DNA of 64,000 nucleotides from Amoebophrya sp. A120 (taxonomy: Eukaryota; Protista; Dinoflagellata): NCBI GenBank assembly GCA_905178155.1, contig CAJINV010000007.1, positions 1,705,341 to 1,769,340 of the forward strand, read 5' to 3'. This document shows positions 22,302 through 32,361 of the stretch, one piece after another; positions within the stretch are counted from its first letter, which is position 1, and each line of letters begins with the position of its first letter. Under the pieces are notes generated by a model. The model ran no database searches and was not told the DNA's origin. It saw only the letters and a program-made list of their open reading frames with translations. The position numbers and the translations under genes are program-made.

Positions 22302-25300
22302 ATGTTTCTCTCCCGCCACTGGGGCAAGCCTGTGGAGGTGAAGAAATCCGACACGGCAACCACGTGGTACCAAGCTGTCCTCGTTGGCGATGGCAAAAAC
22401 GGCGAGGCCGCCCGGGTCCGCTTCCCCTACGAGATATTCCCTTTCGACGCGATAGCACAAGCGAGCGCGGCCGCGTCGGGCTACGGCGGGCTGAAAAACC
22501 GCGACGTGATTTTAAATCCAACTGCCCTTGCCGGGAACGGGCAACCAGGGAGCAGTGTGAGTAAGACCACTTTATGTGCCTACGATGCGGAGAACGTTCT
22601 GTGGGCGGAAAAATTGGTTTTCGTTAAGCAGTGCTGCCGGGAACGACAGAGACCGACCGCAGCGAGCAACTGGGAACCGAGCGTGAATGAGTAAGAAGAA
22701 GAACTTCTTCACATGATAGATGAGGATTCAACATGTGATAAATGCAGGGAAACAAGACCACTATGCTAATGCTGCTCCCTCTGCTTCTTTGTCTTCTCTT
22801 CTTGTTCTTCATTGAGAGTTTCTTACTTTTTTCCGCAGTGCAGTATTTAGCAGGGGGTATTCTGGTGACCCGCAGAAGAACTCGGCTGTGATGTTGTCGG
22901 GAGGATAAGAGCCCTTGCTTCCCACCACAGTCACGCCCGGGTCTGCAATCCCGTGCAGGTCTGGGAGATGCCGTAGTGGAATACCGAAAAGCGTCCTTGC
23001 GGAGGCGGTAGGTCACCATGATGCCTACTAGACCTCGGTTGGAGGCTGACAATATGTCAATTCGTGTTGCAACATGGTATAATAGTTACACGGGTCGCTG
23101 GCGCTGCACCACCTCCAAACAAGATCACTTCTCTTGCCTCTTTATGATCAAGATCTATCGAAAAACATCACCAGACTCGTGGAGCTTTCCTTCGAGGCCA
23201 ACAAGTACTACCCCGCTGGCTGGGCGCTTGGCCGCGTGACCGGCACGAAAGACGAGTTTTATTTCGTCCGGTTTGAGGTTGACGAGAGCTCGGGTTTTAC
23301 GAAAGACCAAAAGACCGTGATCGTGAAGAAAGACGTCTTGCGCCGCCTTCCTGCGTTGCCAGACGGCATGATGAGTGGCAAAAATCAGATCATTTCTTCC
23401 GCGACAGGGGCTCCAGCCCTCGGTGGTCCAGCAGCATCCAGCAGTCGCCTGACATCTTCACAGCAAATGCTGAATTACAGTCGGTCGATCTGCCCGGAGG
23501 GCAGGTTCAGCAAGAAAATCTGCGAGTTGCCGGACCCGGAAGATCTGCACAGTTTGTGGCTATTCACACCGGACGCGGTGGAGATCCTGTCGCAGCTGAA
23601 GAGAAAACTGGAGCTGGTGGTACTATTTTTTTTATTTTTATTATGTTCATACGTCTGCAGCCGCTGCGAAGCATATAGATGTCTGTGTGAAGCAAGAAGA
23701 AAACTCAAGAGCAGCATCAGCATCAGAAGTTTTCAACGTTTTTTTAGAACAGGGACCCAGTGGTCGATGATTTTACGTTACAGGGACCCATGATTACGTG
23801 AAAACTTCTATCACAGCTCATCGTCCCCTCGCCTGAAGTGTCCTTCGGCGCGATGACGGGTGAGCAGCGCGAGCAATCCACCGCGGAGATCGCTCTGTTC
23901 GCCGCGGGGGACAACGAACGGAGCTTGAAAAACCTAGAACAAGCGGAGCTGCTCCTGCAGATACACTGGCACCACCAAACCAAGATCCAGGCGTTTACGC
24001 GGGAACGAGAAAAGAAACTGAAGGAGCTGGAGGCGTTAAAGGAGAAATTGGACCGGGGGACGGCAATGGTATAGGCAACTTCAGTTTTTTTTTCTTGAAA
24101 TAGGTAGAGGCGAATCCATCTTGATGTTCATCGTGGCGTGCTGTCATGCGCGTTGGCCTGCTTGTGTATCTCGACCGTGTCGTGGCAATAAAGAACAAGA
24201 AAGATATTAAAGAAAAAGATGCGTAGTAGAAGATCTAGATCATGGGCCACACAACTAAAATTCCACCCCAGCACCGCGAGATTTCTGAGAAGGTTGTCGG
24301 CAAGTTGATCGGTAAGAACGGGAAGAATATTGCCAGATTACAGGAGAAATACGGCGTTGAGATCAAAGTTGCGGATAAGAAGCCAACGAAAGCTACAGCG
24401 GCAACCCTTGTAGAGGTAGAACATGAACAAGTCGAAGAGGAAGATGAGCAGGTTGCAGCTGAGCCGGCGACGGCGCAGGACGACACCAAAATAAACGGAA
24501 CTTCTTCTAGTACCACGCCAAAGGGCGGCAGGTCGAACAAAAATAATTCCGCGGTAAAAAATAAGCCCGCAACTTCTTCTGCTACGCGGAAAATCACCAT
24601 TTTTGGGATTGACAAGGACGCGGTAAAGCAAGCGTGGGAAGAAACGGATCTTGCAATTTCTGAGATGAAACTGACACAGGATCAGTGCAAGTTTCTAAGG
24701 CAGAAGTGCCAATTCTCCGAGCTCATGCAGGAAACGGGAGCGAGCTTTATCGGGTAAAGTTGTTTTTTTGGTAAAACTGATTTTTGATGTGACACTGACA
24801 TACATGCCTGGTGAGACTCGTTTGTACAAAAGCAAAAGCATGCGTGAAGACACTAGGGACGTTTAAATAATATTTTACGTCGGCCTTCTAGTGATCAGCT
24901 GGGAGATTCTAAAACGTATGCATCAGCATGGTATGTTGCAAACAACACTACAAACCCATCCCCTTATCAGGTTCGGCTCGAAGGAGTCCACCACGCTAGA
25001 GGTTATCGGGAAGGAGATAGAAGTGGAGGAGGCAAAGCTGATATGCATTGCAAAACTATCGCACTAGTATGAATTGCATTACAAATTTCCCCAAGAACAA
25101 AAATGCAATTTGTCATGCTATTTCAGGAAGCAAGTTGGATTTGTCATGCATATCTGCAATTAGTACGAGTGTGATACTTTTGCTCAGGATAGCTGATCCT
25201 GGAGGGCCATCTGCTCTACTACAGCAGCTACCAAAGCATGAATGAGGCGAAAGAAACACTGCGCACTGAGGAGGAAAAGGTAAGTATAGCTATAGAAGAT

Positions 25301-25946
25301 TTTCGTCAACAACAACATCATGCTCGAGCACTAAAGTATGAAACGCGAGGACACACAGCTGCGACATCGATCATGTGCATCACGTTTTTGAGAAGTTGGG
25401 AAACGAACGCTGATGTTGCACCTCAACAACCAGAAGATGAATGCTAGTTCTCACTTATTTCTTTGGTCACATCAATTTTCTCAGTTCCAACAAGAATACG
25501 GACGTGCCGGAGGCAAGGGAAAGCGAAAAGGTCGCAAGTCTGCCAAAGACGCAAACGACAACAACGAGGCTGGTGCAGATAATTCGGACAAACAGAAAAA
25601 AGGATCTTCGAAAGGTGGCAAGGGGGGTAAGAACGCAAACAAGAACAACAAATCTAAGCCCGATAAACACGAGAAGGACAAAAGAGAGAAGTCTGAGAAT
25701 AAAGATAAAAGAACTAAGCCTGATCACGCAGCTGCTCCAAACGAGAAAAACACAAAGCCGGAGATCGCCCCCAACCCAAACGAGCCGTCGACTACCAGTA
25801 GCCCCGATCTGAAAACCAACAAACCTTCGTCCCCGAGTCCGAAGAGCAAGGGGGGAGCGAAGCGGAAGGGAAGTGTCGACTCTGTGGTCGAGACGGCCAC
25901 CGCAGCCGAGGCCGCAGCGCCGGCTGCCACGGTGGGGGGCGATTGA
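22302..25946 (+). CDS. FMR1/FXR-like Agenet+KH protein, paralog b; about 7 exons
   Basis: PVEVKK..TWYQAVLV; LVELSFE..GWALGRVTGTKDEFYFVRF..IVKKDVLRR; KH EKVVGKLIGKNGKNIARLQEKYGVEIKV; collinear with paralog a (LLLQIHWHHQTKIQAFTREREKKLKEL vs MLLSTHLKHQKSIQQFHVKREKKMKAL). Five GT-AG introns plus one TIR element. Confidence 0.75.
25042..25191. mobile_element. Introner-like TIR element, family C (150 bp)
   Basis: tatgcattgcaaaactatcgcactagta...tacgagtgtgatacttttgctcaggata; perfect TSD gctga; removal restores EAKLILEGH. Confidence 0.9.
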
Positions 25947-27108
25947 TTTACTTTTATCTTTTCTCACCACGAACATGATTTGCTATGAGGAGCATGCTGT
26001 AGTCGTCCTAATCTGTCACTATTTTTAAAATGAACACATAGAAAAGTTTTACTGGATGAACTGCTAGAAGATTGATGGGTAGTTCTTCTGGAGGAGGTCT
26101 TTGTATCCGCATTGCTACGGGGTTTTTGCTCTCGCCCTTTTCCGCTCAGATTTTCTGTTTTTCTCCTGGGTGGTAGCCGCGTCACGACGTACAATAAACG
26201 ACCAAAATATAAATCGAGGACTAGTTCATCTAGTTCAAGCCAAGGTATAGTACTCAAACGAGCATAAGGGTAAGGCATGCGCCTCGAAAAATACAAATTC
26301 AAATTTCTTGAGAGGTAGCATGTCTTTTTTTCTCGTGTGAATTGAATTCCTAGAAACCTGTGTCTGTGCTATAATGACGGCCATCTGTTGATCTGGCAAA
26401 TGTACTCCAGCTGGATCAACATCCAATTTTCGTCTCTGTGAACAAATGTTGCTGGAAGGCTGTTTTCTGTGAAATGACTCTAAGCACTTTGAGTTTGTTG
26501 CAAAGGCCAGCATAGTTCAAAAGAATGGGTGTACTGTAGGAGATGAAATATATGCGTCTTTGCAGTTTCATCTCGAATCAGAGCATTCGTGTGATTATAT
26601 CAAATCGAAATCGTAAGTGGTCGCTTGAAGTTGCGCAGCCCTCTTGTTTTCTTGCTTTGAAGATTCTGCATCGCAGAAGTAGATCTGTGGCTCTGTGAGT
26701 GATCAAGATCAGGCTGTAGAAGATGCATATTGACTGCTTCTGATTCCACGATTTCCAATTCCAGATCCCCTCGCCGATGCACGATCCCGACGGATTTTTT
26801 GATTTGCGTATCCATTCCTATTGTACAACTCTGTGATCCACGACACCTAGAACGGAACCGACGTCATTGCTGCCTCTCCTTGCTTTTGTTCGTGGTGGAA
26901 GATCATTTGTTTATGCTTTTCGAGGATGAAGTAGAATGCATATGACCTACAGTTCTTTCGTGTTCGTCGGTTTTTCTTCTGATTTCTTTTTCAGGTTAAA
27001 CTCTGTTGTCATGATCTAGAAAAACAGAAACACACAAGCTCATAAGTACACGAGTGCTACCACTCAAAAAAAATAAAATAAAAATTAAGTAGACTGAGAG
27101 ACAGACCG

Positions 27109-29379
27109 ATGTTGGACAAAATGAATGTGCTATTGCTTCGCCGTAACTATTCATCGACGGCAGCGGCCGTGGTGAATAAACGCATATTGTCTACTGTCAC
27201 ACAAGGACCACATCAAGATCTATTCGTTGGAACATCAGCAGCAACTTCTTCTTCTTCAGCTTCCAAACTACGACCCCTCCCAACCGCGGTCATCAATTCG
27301 GCGCAACTCCTGGATGAGGTGAAGTTAGACGGCCAGAAGTGGATTTCCGACGCGCAAATCGCGAACATCAGCGAGTTGAGCTCGCTCCGGCTCCCGGCAG
27401 GCTCGTTGGTCCGGGTGGAGTATGAGAAAACAGCACGAAGTTCAAAATCAAATGGTCGAATATTAAATCAGAAAGAAATAATCGGGGTGGGTGTTTGGAA
27501 CCGACACTCGTCCGTGCCGATTCGGATGCTGGAAAATGAAGCACTCGACGTCCTCGCGCAGAGCAGTGAAGGCGATGTAGTGACTGCTCTTCCGAGAAGT
27601 TTCTTAGCGTACAGAAGCGGTGGTAGGGGTTGTACTACATCTGCAGCTGAAGAAGTTGTACTTGCGTCACACGGCCCATCGTCACAGGTGGATGTTGACG
27701 AGGACGCTGCGGAGGGCGCAGATGACGACGAAAATATTTTCGCGGACGGAGACGAAACAACAAACGACGAACAGGTTCAGCTTTCCCGCCGACATTGCGA
27801 GGATTTACGGAGCCTCTTAGTAAAACGGCTGACGGCGGTTTCGACTGCATTATCATCTTCCTGTGTATTACCAGATCATGATCATGAGCGAATTGGTACG
27901 TCAAACGAGAAACAAAGGAGCGATATCGCCGCGAGAGTATCCATCCCCTTCCTCTACACCCGCATTCTTGACGCTGACGCCGACGGATTCCCAGGTTTAT
28001 CTGTCGACCGCCATGGCTTCGACGCGGCGGTTCTGACCTACAACACGCTGGGGAGTTACCACTGCTACCACGAAATAGTGGAAAAAACCTTGGAGGACAA
28101 CGGAATCACGAAAATTGCGCAGCACAAGCTGATCTCAAAGAAGGAGAGGTATTATGCGAACGGAGCAGAATTCGCCACGAGTTTGGTGAAAGGGACGGAT
28201 CCGAACTTTTTGGTCAGGGAGGTTCTGCCTGAAGATGGTAGTGAAAATCAAGCACAAAGTGGTGCTACTTCTGCTGGACAACTAGACTCCTCGATTAAGG
28301 GACGCGACGACGAAAGCGACATCATGGACATGGACAAATTAGATCTTCTCACTGAAGAAACAAGCACAGGGAAGAATAAGAATGCAAATGCAGACACAGG
28401 GCCCCAAGCTCCCATTTCTAACGTCCTCGATTTCACCTTTAACGTGTACCAGCACTGCAGTCTAGGGTACGAGCGCCAGTACGACTATTCCTCCGCGAGA
28501 ATTCGGTCCTACCTTGCGAACTTGGTGAAAGACAAGCAATCCACGGTGCTGGACCTCTGGTGCCATCTCGGCGAAACCGGCCTGCGTTGCGCCAGTCAGG
28601 GAAAAGCGGAAGAGGTGATCCTGATCGAGGAGCGAGAGCACTTCGCCGTCGCAACTTTGCAGAACGCGAAGAGAAACGGAGCAACCGCAAACAGGACGAC
28701 GGTGTTGCACAAGAAGTCAATTTTCACGGAGCTGCGGAACATGGCGCTGGCCGGGCTGAAGTTTTCTTTGGTGGTGTGCAACCCGCCACTGGTGTTCGCG
28801 CAGCGGAAGAAAGACAGAAGGAAACAAGTAGCACTAGATGGCGACGTCCTGGACACTGTAGGTGGAGCAGGCCAGCTGCAAAGAAGTACTCAGATTCATG
28901 ATCAGGACGAGCAGAGAGATTATAGCCAAATTGCCGCCTCATCCACCTGTCCTTCCGGAGATCATGACCTTCCGGATGAGGACGGGTTTGAGCAGGTGGA
29001 TGACCTCGCAGCTGCTTCCACCGAAGCAGGGCGGCGTGGTAAGATGAGAACTTCGGCAGCAAATGACAAGTCGATCATGGTGCAGGAGCAAACTCCGCTC
29101 TCCCATCAATTTGGCAAGCGCTACCGTGTCGACCTTCGCGGCATCTGCCCAATTTTACGGCAAGCCGCACAGGTTACAGCGACGGACGGCTACATTGCGG
29201 TGAAGCTGTACTTGAGCCCGCGGAACCGGTCCTGGGGACCGCATTTGCTAAAACTCGCGTTTGAGCAGGCAGATAGAAACGGAAGCATCGTGAAAGAGTT
29301 CGCCAGTAGCTCGAATTTACCGAGGATAATGTCCCAAGACTACGAATTACCACACTGGTTCGTGGTCAGGGTGCATTGA
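27109..29379 (+). CDS. RlmI/YccW-like SAM-dependent rRNA methyltransferase homolog, probably mitochondrion-targeted, intronless
   Basis: DADGFPGLSVDRHG (cf. ESDGLPGLxVDRYG), VLDLWCHLGETGL..GKAEEVILIE (SAM-binding region), FSLVVCNPP; N-terminus LLLRRNYSSTAAA resembles a mitochondrial presequence. Confidence 0.7.
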   Translation: MLDKMNVLLLRRNYSSTAAAVVNKRILSTVTQGPHQDLFVGTSAATSSSSASKLRPLPTAVINSAQLLDEVKLDGQKWISDAQIANISELSSLRLPAGSLVRVEYEKTARSSKSNGRILNQKEIIGVGVWNRHSSVPIRMLENEALDVLAQSSEGDVVTALPRSFLAYRSGGRGCTTSAAEEVVLASHGPSSQVDVDEDAAEGADDDENIFADGDETTNDEQVQLSRRHCEDLRSLLVKRLTAVSTALSSSCVLPDHDHERIGTSNEKQRSDIAARVSIPFLYTRILDADADGFPGLSVDRHGFDAAVLTYNTLGSYHCYHEIVEKTLEDNGITKIAQHKLISKKERYYANGAEFATSLVKGTDPNFLVREVLPEDGSENQAQSGATSAGQLDSSIKGRDDESDIMDMDKLDLLTEETSTGKNKNANADTGPQAPISNVLDFTFNVYQHCSLGYERQYDYSSARIRSYLANLVKDKQSTVLDLWCHLGETGLRCASQGKAEEVILIEEREHFAVATLQNAKRNGATANRTTVLHKKSIFTELRNMALAGLKFSLVVCNPPLVFAQRKKDRRKQVALDGDVLDTVGGAGQLQRSTQIHDQDEQRDYSQIAASSTCPSGDHDLPDEDGFEQVDDLAAASTEAGRRGKMRTSAANDKSIMVQEQTPLSHQFGKRYRVDLRGICPILRQAAQVTATDGYIAVKLYLSPRNRSWGPHLLKLAFEQADRNGSIVKEFASSSNLPRIMSQDYELPHWFVVRVH

Positions 29380-29529
29380 TGAAGTTATAATATTATGAAA
29401 ATCATCATTATGATGATGGTGCCGCTACTGCATGTAGCATGCAACTTGCTGCGAACCGCGCATATTTGCACGGCTCTCTAGTAGAGAAGTCATACACATA
29501 CAGCACAGCTGCAAGCACTAGGACTAGAA

Positions 29530-31064
29530 GCGCCAGCTTGCAACGCCGCATGAGAGCTGCTACTCAACGCCGCATGAAAGCGCTGGAAACGCAGCGATGA
29601 GGGATTCCCCTTCGACGCGTGTACAATTGAGTGTGTTCTACTCAATCTCATCGTCTCTTCTGGGCTTGTTCGGTATCGTTGAGAAAGTGTCCATGTCCAC
29701 GTAGTGCTTGTCGTTGGCAATGTCGTCGTGAGGGTCGTAGCTGCAGACTGGGCACTGGAAGATATCGACGAAAAGAGAAATATTCATGTTGCATATTGAC
29801 AGTTCTTGACTCACAACTTCTATCAGAAGATTATTTTGATGGGTGACGAGTCATTTCGTGGTTCAACATTGCACCACAAAAACTCGTTCAGTTAAGGAGT
29901 TCCAACTTCAACTCGAGTGTGTCGTGCGAAAGTTGTCAAAAAACCGATAAGCATTAGCCTTCACTTTCTGAATAAAAATGACGTCGCTCCCGCTCCAGTG
30001 CAAAGAGCCGCAGCAAATCTGCGAATCGTTGCGGCAAACGCGGCCACGTCGCTACCACCCTTGCGGCGGCGGAAGTCGGCAAAATCGGTATGGTGAGTGC
30101 CTACGACGACACGAAGAGGTTCCGCGGCGCGGGCGCCGGGGAAGGTCGTGAGTCCTTCCAGACGCTGGAGGCGGATGGCAGTGCCGGCGAGGCTGCGACC
30201 GATGTCCCTGCACAGGAGGACGAGCTGCACACCGGGCCCGGTATATTGTTGAACTTCAGCAGCTGCAGCACCCAAGCGCATGACACTTCATCTTTTTCTT
30301 TTTTCACCACCTGCAAGAAGAGCAGGAGCTCATTCTTGATCATGTTTGCCAGTCGCAGCTGTATTCTTTCATGCACCATGTTGTACTATTCTTTCATGGC
30401 GTCCCTTCGTGCTTCATGTTCACAACATGGCGGAGCAGAGATCTGAATTCATGTATTTGACACGTTGGCGCAAAAATTGAATCGACTACTTCTGTGCTCA
30501 CCAAATGAAATAAAAAGATGCGACGTCGGCCAACAGTTTCATCTCGTCGGAGGCGGAGAAGGCGAGGAGGACGAGTGTCCTGAACAATTTTCGACCCGGA
30601 AGCACTATCTATGGAACGGGCTTCGCAGGATTATACGGCGAACCAAAGAACCCAAATCCGGAATTAGTTTCTCAAGTTGGTGACCATCTCATCTATCGCG
30701 TCCCCGTACCAGCGTCCACCAATGTCTGCAAACCGGGTTTCAGTTTTGCGTCCGGTTTAGTCCAGGGATGGCATACCCGGGGCGGTGCCATCGCGAAGTG
30801 CAAAGTCTACAATTGCTTTGGTGGGGAGGTAGACATGAAGGACCAGTGCTGCAACCAAGGATACGACGCCGAGCACAAACTGTTTTACTGCTACGACAAA
30901 AGCCCGTTGCCTCAGGTGTGTGAACAATACTCGTCAAAGTAGTTCGTAACTTTACTTCTTCGCACTGCAGTTATTACACCTGAGCAGTGGTCATCAGCGT
31001 GACAATGAATATAGAATAATGAAGCAAGCCTTACTTATACTTCCCGCAGGGCCCTCGCCCGTAG
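29530..31064 (+). CDS. Hypothetical spliced gene, 5' end unresolved
   Basis: Stop-free GC-richer exons about 29983-30240 (..VSAYDDTKRFRGAG..HTGP), 30518-30828 (..ATSANSFIS..YNCFGGE) and 31050-31064 (GPRP*) join in frame through GT-AG introns. Confidence 0.45.
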
Positions 31065-32361
31065 ATAAATAGTCGTGCTGGTCCTGTTTGTTTGCGCAAA
31101 TAAATACAACGCTGCCTGCTCCTCGATTTGTAATCTGTAGTGTTGGCTACAGCTTTTTGTACAAAAGGAGAACGCTTTTGATTATCGATAGCCACGCGTT
31201 TACATTTGACTAAAGTACAGAGCGATGAAGAAGGTCTGTGCAAAGATCTTTTTCTTCGAATTCGTAGTATTTTCCTTTCGTCGCATTTTTACTGCAACGC
31301 CTCTTTATATTTATTGTACAAATTGAAATTGAAATTTTTATGACTACGACTATCACGAAGGAGATGAAGCACCCACCAAGTGCGCACCAAAAAAAAAAAA
31401 ATGACACCGAGATACAAGAAATTTTGAACCGTAGACTATATATTGCGTTGAAACACAGCGCGTCTCTGCCCTCTTTAGTGTGAAAACAGGAGAGAAGATG
31501 TGCGATGGTGCATAGACTCGTAGTACTAATAGTGAATCCAGTTGTTCCAAACACACCAAATCCGCCGTAGTACTGATTCGGATTCGTAGCTGTCGCACAA
31601 GTTGTCATAAAGGGCAAACACTGAAATGGAAATAATTTGAAATATTACCACATTATGAATTGAAGCGTGCGCCTTGTCATACTCATAAACATAATATCAA
31701 TAAGCTTCGGTTGCGTACTGGAACAACTACAACATGAAGTTCGGTGGCGTACTGCAAGAATGAGAAGGACTCGCATCTGTTGCCTACACGTGAAAATACA
31801 TTCCAGCACTCGGTTGGTCGTTCGTTCATCTTATCGTCCTCTCACCACTCGTGCAAAAATATTAGTTCCGTCTCGTACAACTCGGTCTCGTGCGCCTGAT
31901 ATTGAGGCTGAAGCCAAATTCTGTTTCTGACTTGATAGCTAAAAAATGCGTGCGCGCGGCCGCGCCGGCTCCTTCGTTCCAATGCATTGATCTTCATCTT
32001 TCCCACCACGTGGTGTTACAGCTACTTCATCTCACCAGTCTTCGTAGACTAATTTTGTGCTGTATCCCGGCAACAAAAATTGTCTCCTGCCTGTGCTTAA
32101 GCTTCAGCAAAGCTTCTTCTTCACAAACTGAACTTTCTAATAGTGCAATTTTACTATCACTCCTCCTCAAGGAAGTTCCCAGTACAATCTCTATCACCAC
32201 TTACAAAAAGTCCACCAAATCAGGGGCTGTATTGTTACTTCTCGAGTAGAGTAAGATACAACCTGCTTCGATTTTTCGGTTTGGACTTTTTCGAGTGCAG
32301 CGCTGTTGAATTCCACTCGGAGTTCAAGAAGGCACTGCATCACTGGTTTATGCAGTTTTAG

